Assembly: GCA_964016885.1 (NCBI GenBank)
Contig: OZ024759.1
Location: 15,810,001 to 15,874,000, forward strand
Direction: 5' to 3'
Source: Eledone cirrhosa
Taxonomy: Eukaryota
DNA length: 64,000 bases
Part shown: positions 42,410 through 58,051 of the stretch, one piece after another
Layout of the letters: each line of letters opens with the position of its first letter
Numbering within the stretch: the first letter of the stretch is position 1
Notes under the pieces: model-generated
Told to the model about the DNA's origin: nothing
The model's database searches: none
What the model saw: only the letters and a program-made list of their open reading frames with translations
Program-made: the position numbers and the translations under genes

Positions 42410-42508
<99 letters not shown>

Positions 42509-42513
42509 TGTGT

Positions 42514-42680
42514 AAGATTGTAGTTGTCAAGGGGATTGACAACTACAATCTTTCCATATAAGGAAGTACCCTTGAAAAGTTCGGCTATTTATTGACCAGA
42601 CTAAAAAACTCATACTTTAGTCCAGAAATAGCTGTCGAAACGGCTTGAGCTCTGCCGTCGGGGTCATACTTTCTCCTATA
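42514..42680 (+). mobile_element. Family A-related element with a 5' hairpin (17-bp arms, 42514-42552) and a U3-A8 HHR (42568-42664)
   Basis: accc-TTGAAAA-gttcggctattt...aaatagctgtc-GAAA-CGGC-ttgagctct-GCCG-TC-ggggt. Confidence 0.75.
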
Positions 42681-43029
42681 TAATATATATATATACCTAC
42701 CTTTATATTTTATATGATTATGTTAACATTGTGAATGTGTGTGTGCGTTTTGTGTGAAGTCTGTCACATTATTGATTTTAATAACAGAATGTTGCAAACT
42801 GGAGTATAGAATGAACCTTTAAGTTTTATTATCACACAATGCTTGATGTCAGTAGAGGTTGTCATAGAAACTGAACAATGCTGACTACAGTAAAACCATA
42901 TAATTGTATATATTGTTGCATATTGAAATAGCTAAGTTATGTATGTATGTATGTATATATATATAGATATATATATAGATATATAAAGTATATAGATATA
43001 TACTATTATATATCTGCATGTATACATAC

Positions 43030-43093
<64 letters not shown>

Positions 43094-43107
43094 GTATGCT
43101 TACGTGT

Positions 43108-43138
<31 letters not shown>

Positions 43139-43426
43139 CATATGTATGATTTCGTGCATATATATATATATATATACGTATGTATGCTTACGTGTATATA
43201 TATATATATACATACATATATATGATTACGTGTTTATATATATATATATACATACATATATATTCTTACGTGTATATATATATATGCTTACGTGTATATA
43301 TACATACATATATATGCTTACGTGTATATATATATACATATATATAAAGTATATAGATATATATAAAGTATATAGATATATATACTATTATATATCTACG
43401 TGTATACATATATATGTATGCATACA

Positions 43427-43484
<58 letters not shown>

Positions 43485-43813
43485 TGTGTGTGTGTGTGTG
43501 TGTGTGTAGCATTATGAGAGATGTTATAAAGTATTGGAAAAGGCGTTACAATGTAAATACCAAATATAAAGATCGAACTACAGTAGAGTAAAATAACAGG
43601 AACAAAACCAAAACAAAATTTTACCCTATATATATTTAAGGATATTTCAAGGTTATAACTTGCATTTCAAATGTGTGTGTACATATGTATGGGTGTATGA
43701 AGTACCATATATCATTGTATAAATGTATTTATACATATACATATATAAACACCCTCACACACATGCATATTTATATAAACACACACATATATAGATACAC
43801 ACACATATGTATG

Positions 43814-43879
<66 letters not shown>

Positions 43880-44708
43880 TATATATATATACACACACAC
43901 ATATATATATACACACACATATGTATATACACACACATATATACATATACACACATATATACATATACACACACATATATATACACACACATATATATAT
44001 ACACATATATATATATACACATATATATATATATATACACATATATATATACACATATATATATACACACATATATATACACACATATATATACACATAT
44101 ATATATACACATATATATACACATATATATATACACACATATATATACACACACATATATATACACATATATATATACACATATATATATACACATATAT
44201 ATATACACATATATATATACACATATATATATACACATATATATATAAACATATATATATACACATATATATATAAACATATATATACACATATATATAT
44301 ATACACATATATATATATACGCATATACATATATACACATATATATATATACACACATATATATATACACATATATATATACACATATATATATATACAC
44401 GCATATATATAAACATATATATATACACATATATATATATACACACATATATATAAACATATATATATACACATATATATATACACACATATATATAAAC
44501 ATATATATATACACATATATATATACACACATATATATACACATATATATATATATACAAACATATATATACACATATATATATATACACACATATATAT
44601 ATACACACATATATACACATATATATATATACACACACATATATATACACATATATATATATATACACAGATATATATATATAAATACATATATATATAT
44701 ACATATAA

Positions 44709-44745
<37 letters not shown>

Positions 44746-44784
44746 TATACATATATATATATATATACATATATATACATATAC

Positions 44785-44821
<37 letters not shown>

Positions 44822-45045
44822 TATACATATATATATATATATACATATATATACATATACATATATATACATATACATATATATACATATATATATATAT
44901 ACATATACATATATATACATATACATATACATATATATACATATATATATATATATATACATATATATACATATATATATATATATACATATATATACAT
45001 ATATACACATATCTATATATACATCTATATATACATATATATATA

Positions 45046-47826
45046 TTGCGAAGCAGTCACTGTATTCAGTCAAACCAACAACCTAATAGTAGTTGGGCTC
45101 TATAGGCCACCCCAAACGCCTCCACCATGCTTCAAGGAATGCCTCAACAGCATAAAGTGTTCCATCCAAGAGTGTCACCCTGACAACATCTTAATGATGG
45201 GGGACTTCAACCTCCCCGGAGTTGACTGGTCCACAAACAGCCTGCCACCAGGTTCTTCTGCCTCAACCTCTGACAGGGAAGCAGTGGAATCGCTTCTTGA
45301 CGTCATGGATGATTTCTTCCTGTCCCAACTGGTGCTCGAACCAACGAGGTGCCACAAAAACGTCCTAGACTTAATTTTCAGCAATCACACTGACAATATC
45401 CACAATATTGCAGTGGAGAAAACTCTACTCTCTGATCATGACATGGTTCTCTGTGATCTGATATTCCACCGTCCAATATACAAACCCAATGTCATCTCTC
45501 CTGTCCATCCGTTTGACGCTATGGATTTCCACAATGCAAACTGGGAAGCGATCAGTCATGATCTTGCGCATGTCGACTGGTCCTTCACGCACACTCATAC
45601 ACTCACTAACATCAAAAAGTCCTGGCAGACATTTGTGGACACTGTTACAAACATATGTGCAAAACACACCCCATTAAGAACTAGAAACAAATCTAAGAGC
45701 AGAATCCCTAGAAATAGAAAAACGCTCATCAGGAAAATTAAGAGAACTAACAAAAAAATCAAGAAGCTGAAATACTGTCAGCAGCAACACATAAACTTGA
45801 CTGCCATTTCATCACTAGAGATTAAAAAACATAACCTCCAAAACAATATGATGTCTATCATCAACAATCAGAGAAGAGCTGAAGAGGCCTGGGCCATTGA
45901 GAAAATCAAACTCAATCCCAAAGTGTTCTTTTCATTTGCAAAAAAAACACAAAATCACTGGCTTTACTGTTGGCCCTCTAATTGATGAAAGTGGCACTCT
46001 TCAAGACAATGCGAAAACCATGGGTGAGATACTGCAGAAACAATACTGCTCTGTTTTCAGCAATCCTGATATGGCCGATCTGGGCTGTATCGGCGATGTT
46101 ACTCCCCATTACACCTTATCGGACATAACGTTTGGCGCCCCTGATGTCTTAGCGGCAATAAAGGAAATCAAGCATAATTCAGCAGTAGGTCCCGATAGGT
46201 TCCCTTGAAGGCGTATCAACACCAACTTGCATCTTCTCTTGCCAATCTGTGGCGGAACTCACTGGATGCTGGATATGTGCCAGAAAACCTTCTATCCCAG
46301 TCTGTTGTCCCAGTTTTCAAAAAAGGAAACAAATCCCTTGCCGTGAATTACCGTCCAATCTCACTCACCTCTCATATCATTAAGGTATTTGAGAGAGTGG
46401 TGAGATCGCGAATGACTCACTTCCTTGTGAGTAACGGAATCCATGCTGGTTGGAGTTCAGCATATTCTGAACTCCAACCAGCATGGATTCCGTAATGGAA
46501 GGGATTGCCTGGCGCAGCTACTGCATCACTTTGATGACATTTTGAGAGCCTTGGGGGAGGGTTCCAACACTGATGTTATCTACCTTGATTTCAGCAAGGC
46601 CTTTGACAGGGTTGATCACAACATTCTACTGAGAAAGCTGTCCAATATTGGTGTCCAATATTGCTGGAAAGCTGCTGCAGTGGATCAAGAGCTTCCTGTC
46701 AAACAGAACCCAACATGTTGTAGTCGAAGGAGTCAAATACAGCCCAGCCAAAGTCAGTAGTGGGGTCCCACAAGACACTGTGTTGGGCCCACTTCTCTTC
46801 ATCATCTATATTAATGACATCACTGACATCATCAAACACAGCAACATTAGAATTTTCAATGATGATTCCAAGCTCCAAAAGGTCATCAATGGCGTGGATG
46901 ACCGGATAAGCCTTCAGTCAGACCTACTGGCTGTTACCCAATGGGCGGAAAAGAACAACATGTTGCTGAACGAAGACAAATTCGAACTGATCCACTTTGG
47001 AAAAGAGGATGCTTTGAAACTCCCGTACTCCCTTCCCTCCGGTGAAACTCTCGTGGCATCTAACATCAGAGACTTGGGAGTAACCGTGGACAGCAACATA
47101 AGCTGGGCCACGCATATAAGCAGCAAAGTTGACATGGCCCGCAGAATGTGTTCCTGGATCCTCAGAACCTTCCAGTCGAGAGATTTCCACACCATTATCC
47201 TTCTCTTCTCCACTTTTGCCCGACCACATCTTGAATACTGTTGTCCACTGTGGTCTCCCCACACGAAACAAAGTATCATGAAACTTGAAGCTCCCCAAAG
47301 GGCAATCACGAAAAAGATAGATGGCATGTCAGACCTTAACTACTGGGGTCGACTAGAAAAGCTGAAACTTTACTCACTCCAACGTCGCCGTGAGCGTTAT
47401 ATTATCTGCATGATGTGGAAAATGTTTCATCAGCACTGCCCAAATGATGTTGGCATCACCTTCAAAATACACCCAAGGCTTGGGCCCCGTGCTATCCGCC
47501 CCAAACAAAAATCTAAATCCCAACACATAGCAACAATACGGCACAATTATTTTACCTCAATCGGCCCTGCTCTCTTCAACATCACACCAGGACACGTCAA
47601 AACAGAAAGTGACCACACAAAATTCAAGAAGTCTTTGGACAAATTCCTCCAAGTAATCCTGGACAAACCACCCACACCCAGATATGTCTCCGCAAACAGT
47701 AATTCTCTTCTCGAATGGGCCATGGTGCCCAAATCCTGAGTTGAAAGACTTCGCCAGGTGGTACTATTAAGTTAGACATTGCCTGGGCCAATACTGGCCA
47801 AAACATTTCAAAGTTATTCAAAGTTA
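45046..47826 (+). mobile_element. CR1-clade LINE with a 5'-truncated, frameshifted ORF2 (APE endonuclease plus reverse transcriptase)
   Basis: YRPP, MGDFNLP, LDLIF, SDHDMV (endonuclease); NYRPISLTS, QHGFR, YLDFSKAFD, SGVPQ..VLGPLLF, FNDD (degenerate xADD), RPHLEYC, LQRRRER (RT and C-terminus). Split over 5 ORFs; tail ttcaaagttattcaaagttat. Confidence 0.93.
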
Positions 47827-48192
47827 TATATGCATATATATATACATATATATATATATACACATACATATATATATACATATATATATACATATATATA
47901 TATACATATATATATAGATATATATACATATACATACATATACATATATATAATATATACATATACATATATATACATATACATATATATACATATACAT
48001 ATATATACATATATATATACATATATATACATATATATATACATATATACATATATATATACATATATACATATATATACATATATATATATATACATAT
48101 ATACATATATATACATATATATATATATACATATATACATATATATACATATATATATATATACATATACATATATATACATATATATATAC

Positions 48193-48248
<56 letters not shown>

Positions 48249-48262
48249 ACATATATATATAC

Positions 48263-48313
<51 letters not shown>

Positions 48314-48729
48314 CATATATATATATACATATATATATATATACATATATATATATACATATATATATATACATATATATATACATATATATACATATAT
48401 ATATATACATATATATATATACATATATATATACATATACATATATACATATACACATATATATATACATATATATATACATATACATATATATATATAC
48501 ATATATATATATACATATACACATATATATATACATATATATATACATATACATATATATACATATATATATACATTTATATATATATATATACATATAT
48601 ATACATATATATATATATACATATACATATATATATACATATATATATATATACATATATATATATACATATATATATATACATATATATATACATATAT
48701 ATATGTGTATGTATATGTGTATATATATG

Positions 48730-48817
<88 letters not shown>

Positions 48818-48842
48818 TATACATATATATATACATACATAT

Positions 48843-48883
<41 letters not shown>

Positions 48884-48902
48884 CATATATATATATATAT
48901 AT

Positions 48903-48943
<41 letters not shown>

Positions 48944-48962
48944 CATATATATATATATATAT

Positions 48963-49034
<72 letters not shown>

Positions 49035-49072
49035 GGCTAAGAATTGTTTTATCCGTAAAAAAAATAACCAGG

Positions 49073-49162
<90 letters not shown>

Positions 49163-49413
49163 TACACATAGAGGCTGAACAAACTTCCATGTGAGCTGCC
49201 ATGCGTTGTACCCGGAGTCAGAGAGGCCCCCCATCAAGGCTCGAGAGTCTAATACTATCACTGCAACATTATCTAATTAACCGTTTATACACTTGTAATG
49301 CCTTGCTTCAATAGTTTAATACGTGCTGCTCCTGATTGTCAGACCCATTCAGGCAAAGATATACGGTTATACTTAGATATATGTAGATTTATGTGCGCAT
49401 GCGTGTGAATATG

Positions 49414-49459
<46 letters not shown>

Positions 49460-49536
49460 TATATATATATATGGCAACAGAGAGAGAGCGACTTATGCAT
49501 GGTTGAACGAGACCAGTATATCCATATATATATATA

Positions 49537-49635
49537 TATAAAAGACGTAAAATAAGAAAATATTTTTTTTTAAAATGTGTATTTGCTGGCATGGACGTGC
49601 ATCTGTGCGCCTATGTTAGTTGATATATTAAATTA

Positions 49636-49641
<6 letters not shown>
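49537..49641. mobile_element. Miniature inverted-plus-direct copy of the 560-bp HHR family
   Basis: 49537-49575 is the reverse complement of the monomer ending gtc(c/t)tttata; 49576-49641 is a direct piece ending attatctata. Confidence 0.85.
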
Positions 49642-49681
<40 letters not shown>

Positions 49682-49725
49682 GAGAGAGACCGACTTATGC
49701 ATGCTTGAACGAGACTAGTATATCC

Positions 49726-49756
<31 letters not shown>

Positions 49757-49764
49757 AATTATAT

Positions 49765-49795
<31 letters not shown>

Positions 49796-49903
49796 AATAC
49801 ATATGCATATATCATATAAATGATGTGTGTGTGTGTGTGTGTTTATGTATGTGGGTGTGTATGTGAGTATGTGTAGGTGTGTGTATGTGTGTGTGTATAT
49901 ATA

Positions 49904-49969
<66 letters not shown>

Positions 49970-49985
49970 CATATATATACATACG

Positions 49986-50025
<40 letters not shown>

Positions 50026-50684
50026 TATATACATACGTATATAAATATATAATATTTATAATGTATATAATTATGTATCCCCACTGAAGTGTGTGATCGA
50101 TGAATCAATATTCAGTCATTTGACCTAACGTGTTCCCATCCGGATGTCCTAGTCTAATTGACTCGGGTAGATTACACGAATTATTGACTGGCCGTCAAAA
50201 TGAAGATAACGAAAAGGATACTGGGAGCCAAGGTAGAATCTTATAAATGTTAGGTTCAAGCAATAGAAACATTAGCAAACTCTTCCTTGTATCAAAATAT
50301 TCATTCTTAATAACCTTGCATTTATATTTCTACTGAAATATATTGGATTTGAATTAATTAATTTGGTAGAGATTTATTAAGATGATTAATTACTTAAAAA
50401 GGCGGCGCGGTGTCGTAAGTGGCATTAGATTTTAAGATGCCTCGATACTTGCTCCGGTTCACTGTAAGGTAAAATCTGTTCTATATATATATACATATGT
50501 ATATATCTACATATATATATATCTATATGTGTATCTATATATATATGTGTGTATATTATGTATATATATATATGTGTATATTTATGTATATATATGTGTA
50601 TATTTATGTATATATATATGTGTATATTTCTGTATATATATATATATATGTATATTTATGTATATATATATGTGTATATTTCTG

Positions 50685-50755
<71 letters not shown>

Positions 50756-51850
50756 TTATATATATATATATATATGTGTGTATATGTATGTATATATATA
50801 TGTGTGTGTATATGTATGTATATATATATATATGTGTATATGTATGTATATATATATATGTGTATATGTATGTATATATATATGTGTATATTTATGTATA
50901 TATATATGTATATATATATGTATATATATATGTATATATATGTATATATATATGTATATATATGTATAGATATATGTATATATATATATGTATATATATA
51001 TGTATATATATATATGTATATATATATATATGTATATATGTATATATATATATGTATATATATATATGTATATATATATATGTATATATATATATGTATA
51101 TATATATATGTATATATATATATGTATATATATATGTATATATATATGTATATATATATATGTATATATATATGTATATATATATATGTATATATATATA
51201 TGTATATATATATATGTATATATATATATGTATATATATATATATGTATATATATATATGTATATATATATATGTCTATATATATGTATATATATATGTA
51301 TATATATATATGTATATATATATGTATATATATATGTATATATATATGTATATATATATGTATATATATATATGTATATATATGTATATATATATATGTA
51401 TATATATATATGTATATATATATATGTATATATATATGTATATATATATGTATATATATATGTATATATATATGTATATATATGTATATATGTATATATA
51501 TATATGTATATATGTATATATATATATGTATATATATGTGTATATATATGTATATATATGTATATATATATGTATGTATATGTATATATATATATGTATA
51601 TGTATATATATATGTGTATATATGTATATATATATGTATATATATGTATATATATATGTGTATATATGTATATATATATGTATATATATGTGTATATTTA
51701 TGTATATATATGTGTATATTTATGTATATATATGTGTATATTTATGTATATATATATGTGTATATTTATGTATATGTATATGTGTATATTTATGTATATA
51801 TATATATATATGTGTATATTTATGTATATATATATATGTGTATATTTATG

Positions 51851-51883
<33 letters not shown>

Positions 51884-52432
51884 GTATATATATATATGTA
51901 TATATGTGTATATTTATGTATATATATATATGTGTATATTTATGTATATATATGTGTATATTTATGTATATATATATGTGTATATTTATGTATATATATA
52001 TATGTGTGTATATATATATATATGTATATATATATATGTATATATATGTGTATATTTATGTATATATATGTGTATATTTATGTATATATATATATATGTG
52101 TATATTTATGTATATATATATGTGTATATTTATGTATATGTATATGTGTATATATATGTATATATATGTATATATATGTATATATATGTATATATATATG
52201 TATATATATATGTATATATGTGTATATTTATGTATATATATATGTGTATATTTATGTATATGTATATGTGTATATATATGTATATATATGTATATATATG
52301 TATATATATGTATATATATATGTAGATATATATATATATGTGTATATTTATGTATATGTATATGTGTATATTTATGTATATATATATATATATGTGTATA
52401 TTTATGTATATATATATATGTGTATATTTATG

Positions 52433-52465
<33 letters not shown>

Positions 52466-52969
52466 GTATATATATATATGTATATATGTGTATATTTATG
52501 TATATATATATATGTGTATATTTATGTATATATATGTGTATATTTATGTATATATATATGTGTATATTCATGTATATATATATATATATGTATATATATA
52601 TGTATATATATATATGTATATATATGTGTATATTTATGTATATATATGTGTATATTTATGTATATATATATATATGTGTATATTTATGTATATATATATA
52701 TGTGTATATTTATGTATATGTATATGTGTATATATATGTATATATATGTATATATATGTATATATATGTATATATATATGTATATATATATGTATATATG
52801 TGTATATTTATGTATATATATATATGTATATATATATATGTATATATGTGTATATTTATGTATATATATATATGTGTATATTTATGTATATATATGTGTA
52901 TATTTATGTATATATATATGTGTATATTTATGTATATATATATATGTGTGTATATTTCTGTATATATAC

Positions 52970-53013
52970 ATTTCGACAGCTAGATCCGAACGTTCGGATC
53001 TAGCTGTCGAAAT
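52970..53013. repeat. Perfect 44-bp palindrome in TA repeats
   Basis: atttcgacagctagatccgaac|gttcggatctagctgtcgaaat. Confidence 0.95.
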
Positions 53014-53067
53014 CGCTGTTAGTGTGTCTTTATATGTATGTATATATATGTGCATATATATACGTGT

Positions 53068-53142
<75 letters not shown>

Positions 53143-53997
53143 CATGCATATATATATGTTTATATATATATATATTTATTATAATAATAGAGCCCTCTTT
53201 GGATTTTAGTCTTCAAATTTATTATTATTACTATATATGTATATATATAGTGTTTGTGTGTCTGTGTCGGTGTGTGTGTATATATATATATATAACATGT
53301 ACTTAGGTGTTAAATTTACGAGTAGGTCCGATAAAATTTATCGATAAATCTAGAATGATGGTCTAAAACAGTAAAATAAAATACAATAATCCCTCCATTT
53401 ATCTAAGTCTGTTTTAGTTCTCTCGTAAACTCACCCTGAATCTACATTCTAATATGTGAATAATATTTATTATGTACTACCTCTTCTGCGTTTTAAATAT
53501 TCGAACTGGAATGTATAAAATATGGTGTTGTAGGGTATTTTACACACCAAAAGATAGTTCTAGAATTTTATCGACAAGATATCGGCTTAGCATACCAAAT
53601 AACGTAGACTTGCTTTATTGGAGCAATGAGGCTATATTAGTGAATACGGTTTACTCAGCGTTCTACTTGCGACCGACTGATGATGGTAGCGTCTATTATT
53701 ATATATTTATGTAAATATGTCTACCAAAGCGATAATTATATCCCCAAAAAATAATTATATATATGTGTGTGTGTCTGTATGTACATATATGTGTGTGTAT
53801 GTGCGCATATACATATATATGTGTGTGCGCATATATATATATATATATATACATACAGGGAGTGTAACGAAGTTACTGTAGGTTCACCCAGTTGAGCACT
53901 CGATGTTTAGGTTCACGTCAGTGGCGAAATGTAGAGCTAGACAGAGTGTAAATATAATAATACAAGGACGATTTGTTAAGCCTTCATTACTTTTATT

Positions 53998-54088
53998 GAT
54001 TGGTGACGCGCGTTTCGCTATTGATCAGCTCAAGGTTTGATCTTTATCGATCTGGCCCGACTCTGGAATCAAAAGCTCGTCGGACATC
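53998..54088 (-). ncRNA. Hammerhead ribozyme variant (U4C)
   Basis: gatgt-CCGACGA-gcttttgatt...gatcaatagc-GAAA-CGCGCG-T-C-accaatc. Helix III is the palindrome ACGCGCGT; helix I is bulged. Confidence 0.6.
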
Positions 54089-54251
54089 TGGTGTTGTAAT
54101 GACAGAAAATATATATATATATATATATGAATGTGTGTATAGTATATGTGGCAATATACCGTATGTTTAATTTAAAATATTTAGAAGACCATACGCTATC
54201 AGTTTTGAAGTAGCGACTATGTCACTTCTTTTCGGCGAAAGAAGGGAGAGA

Positions 54252-54293
54252 AGCTGACAGTCTGTTTCAGGCCGGTTGGCATTCATCAGAACC
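54252..54293 (-). ncRNA. Type I hammerhead ribozyme
   Basis: ggtt-CTGATGA-atgcc-aacc-ggcct-GAAA-CAG-a-CTG-TC-agct, enclosed by an outer stem ttttcggc/gccgaaaa. Confidence 0.78.
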
Positions 54294-55039
54294 ACGCACT
54301 CCCCTGCTTCTGCCGAAAATTATAGAAGCTGGATTCTTATAGAATTCCATATATATATATATATATATATATTTTGTTGTAGTTTGCTTGAAGCATTGTG
54401 GAATATGAGATACAAATACGACTAGGAATTTGGAAGTTCGACAAAGCGTGTTAGGTAAAAGGGCCAAGGATCATTAAAATTGCTAAAGTAACTTTCTATA
54501 GTCCTCACTCTTTTATTTCAGTTCATTTTATTCCTCTACTTACTTTCTTAAATTCTTATTGCTTTGGCACTTTTACTCAACACGCATTGTCGAGCTTCCA
54601 AATAACCAAACTCATTTCCTATGTATCTCATATATATAAATATACAAACAGAGGTATAGTGTGTGTCCTTCCCTTTCTATCGCTGCTTGGTCCTTCTTTG
54701 TTTTTCTCCTTTTCTGTTCCCTTTAATGATTTGTTTTGTTTTCATTTCCTTCTATACAAATTCAGTGTTGTTATGTCTAGTCTCAAGGAGTTTTATAGTG
54801 TTATATACATTAAATAGACATTTTGAAACTTATAAGTGTATGTATAAAGAAACTTTTAATCTCTATTACAAATTTTGCTACAATTTTCCTTATTATGTAT
54901 TTAAGAGTTTCACCTAGCGATTTAAGAGGAGAAACTGCTTTGAGCATTCTGCCAATCCACCGCTTTAGTCTAAAAAGTCTAATGTCTGTCACGAGGCCGG
55001 AGACTCCTCAGTTCGTTGCTTATCTCGGCATAAAACGAG

Positions 55040-55527
55040 TGAGAATACAAGACTGCCTCCGCTGAACAGGACACCAGCACATCGCAAAGTAACACCCCTA
55101 TATATCGCTGCTGGTACTCATTTTCAGATGAGTATACCGGAGCAACGTGAAATGAAGTGTTTTTTTTTTCTCAAAAGCAACACACAAGGCGCATGGCTTA
55201 GTGGTTAGAGCATTGGGATTGCAATCGAAAGGTTGTGAGTTCAATTCTCGGACCGGGTGATGTGTTGTTTCCTTGAGCAAGACACTTTATTTCACGTTGC
55301 TCCAGTTTACTCAGCTGTAGAAATAAGATGATAGGACTGGGGTCACTACCATTAAATCACCCAAGACACCTCCGGCGAGATAGACTTTGGAGGAGGCCAG
55401 CTAAATCTGCATAGGTGTGAGCTGTAACAACAACAGCAACAACAAACACACAACCCAGTCCAGAAACCAAACCCATGTCATTATGATCGTAAGTCCAACA
55501 CCCTTACCACTCGGCCACGCGCCTCCA
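55040..55527. mobile_element. Cluster of nested SINE B pieces (55188-55330 on plus; 55040-55185 and 55448-55527 on minus)
   Basis: A/B boxes and ttgagcaagacactttatttcacgttgctccag. Confidence 0.75.
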
Positions 55528-56079
55528 TGCAGTGGTGTTTTAATAATAGAATGGTCTATCGCTTCTCCTAAACAGCTGACTTAACTGAACTCTCTTGCTC
55601 ATGCTAAAAAGGAAAAAGCTGCAATTAATTTCGCTTTGGTTTTTTTTCTATATTCTCTTTTGTTATTTTCAAATGTTAAATACGAAAAAGATGGCTGCAT
55701 TAAGGTCGAATTCTCGAGATCATTTCTTCAATCGGAAGTTCAAAATTAAAAAAAAAATAACTTTCACTAAAAATAGAGACTGAATTTAGGATACAACCTC
55801 ACTAAATGAGGTCAAAGTTTGCAACTATTTTATTTGTCTTCTTCCTCATCCATTTTATTTTTCTTACTTTCTTAATTATTTTTGTTTCCTGTCTGATTAT
55901 CAAGTTATATTATAAAGGATGTTATTAATTAATTAGACATTTTGGCTACAAATTTTCAGTCTGCTCGATAATTTAATAATTTTTTAATCTAGTTTTTGTT
56001 TTGTTTTTTTAATCTTTCGCCGCCACCTAATAAAAAGAATATTATTGATTATCGTATTGAATTTCTCTTGCGACACAAT

Positions 56080-56880
56080 CATCATCACCATCATCATCAT
56101 CATCAACACCACCTCCGACAATCTCTTGGACCACCAACGCCACCATCACCACTAACAACAATACTATAATCGCCAATACCAAATGACAACACCATCAACA
56201 CCATCACCAAACAACATCACCACCACCACCAAACAACAACACCACCACCATCACTACCACGACCAAATAACACCATCACCACCCCCACCAAACAACATCA
56301 CCACCAAATAGCATGACCACCACCATCGCCACCATCACCAAACACCAACAACAACAACAAATAACACGAGCAATACCATCACAATCCCCACCAACAAATA
56401 ACAGCCGTACGTACCATCATCACCAACACCACCATCACTATTATCACAATCACCAATGTGACCAACATCGCCACCAACACCGAACAACCACCATCAAAAA
56501 AAGACTATCACCACCACCACCATGTCTACCAACAGCATCACTCTTACCACCATCTCTACAACCACAAACACCATCAACATCACTTCTCACATGATCATCA
56601 CTCACCTCTATAACTACCGCCACCACACTCACAACCACTGGAACCCCCACCAACAACAGCACTTTCAACAATATTAGCGCCACACCACCATCACTAACCA
56701 ACACTATCACACCCACAACAGAACTTTCAACAATACAAACATCATCACCACCACCATCATCTCTTACTAACATGGTCGCTCACCATCTCTACCAACATCA
56801 TCATTCATCACCATTACCAATACTATCACCCCTACAACAACAGCACTTTCAACAATACCATCACCAACAACCATCATCGC
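56080..56880. repeat. (CAC/CAA/CAT)n low-complexity sequence
   Basis: Direct inspection. Confidence 0.88.
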
Positions 56881-56967
56881 TATACAAAGACACACACACA
56901 CACACTTGTGGAACAGAAGAAAAAAAACAGAATTAATTTTGTACATGAATACACTCCTTTGGTTAAT

Positions 56968-57383
56968 AAGTTCATTTCACAATCACATGGGTTCTTGATA
57001 GATCACACTGCATTGTCCCTAGAGCAAGTAAGTAGCAAATATCTTGGCCTCTTAGACGGAAACGCTAAGGAAAACTATTTTATTTATTTATATGTAAATA
57101 TAAAAATTGGTAGACAATTTGTCACAGTAAAACTAAACTAAGTCAATTTTTATTTTTATCATCGTAAGCAAGGCAAGTTCATTTCACAATCACATGGGTT
57201 CTTGATAGATCACACTACATTGTCCCTAGAGCAAGCAAGTAGCAAATATATTGGCCTCTTAGACGGGAACGCTAAGGAAAGCTATTTTATTTATTTATAT
57301 GTAAATATAAAAATTGGTAGACAATTTGTCACAGTAAAACTAAACTAAGTCAATTTTTATTTTTCTCATCGTAAGCAAGGCAA
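56968..57383. repeat. 207-bp tandem duplication
   Basis: aagttcatttcacaatcacatggg starts at both 56968 and 57175. Confidence 0.92.
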
Positions 57384-57868
57384 TAAAGTAAGGGGGTACT
57401 GAGAAGAGAGAAGGACAAGACAGAGAAAAAATAACCCCAACAAGGTAATAAAGCCACTGATATTCAAGGGATTACGGAGTAAGAAAATATACAGAAGCAA
57501 CGTAAAATGAAGTGTTTTGCACAAGAACACAACACACAACCCTGTCCAGGAATCGAAACCATGACATTATGATCGTAAATGTCCAACACACTCCATAAAT
57601 CTGGTATTAGGTTTAAACTCAGCAGGATGGATAAACACCTGTTGCGAAGCGAACTCCTTAATCACACAGCTTTGCCTGCACCGCCTTTTTTTTTCTGTAT
57701 TTTCTTGGGTCCCAAATAATAGGAGGGATTGGGATAAGCGAAGGGGGTTGGAAATCGGTAATTTTTCTAAATGATCTCCGTTGATTTTTTTAAAACCTGA
57801 ATTAGTCCTTTAGTTTACATATTGAGACCAACCTATCCTATTTATTTTATAACGTATGGGATTTTAAA

Positions 57869-58051
57869 TAATTGTTTCTACTTTTGGCGCAAGGCCAGCA
57901 ATTACCGTCAATGCATTACTGGTACTTTATTTTATCGACCCCGTTAGGAATAAAGGCAACGTTAACCGCGGCGGGATTTAAACTCAGACCGTAACTATGC
58001 GTCAAAGCATGGCGTCCGACCCTCTACCGATACTGCCAATCCACCGCCCTT
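57869..58051 (-). mobile_element. SINE family C
   Basis: Homologous to 8127-8333. Confidence 0.82.

Larger units (their letters stand above)
41621..42414. mobile_element. TA-flanked inverted pair of HHR elements
   Basis: Arms 41621-41979/42109-42414 (slightly diverged; the internal TA tract differs in length) with a 129-bp spacer. Confidence 0.9.

Noticed and set aside
50085-50210. CTGAAGT, an 8-bp stem, then GAAT
   Set aside because: A9 and A15.1 are substituted and helix I is weak; possible fossil only.
53677-53735. CTGATGA followed by a tggtag/ctacca stem
   Set aside because: No GAAA after the stem.
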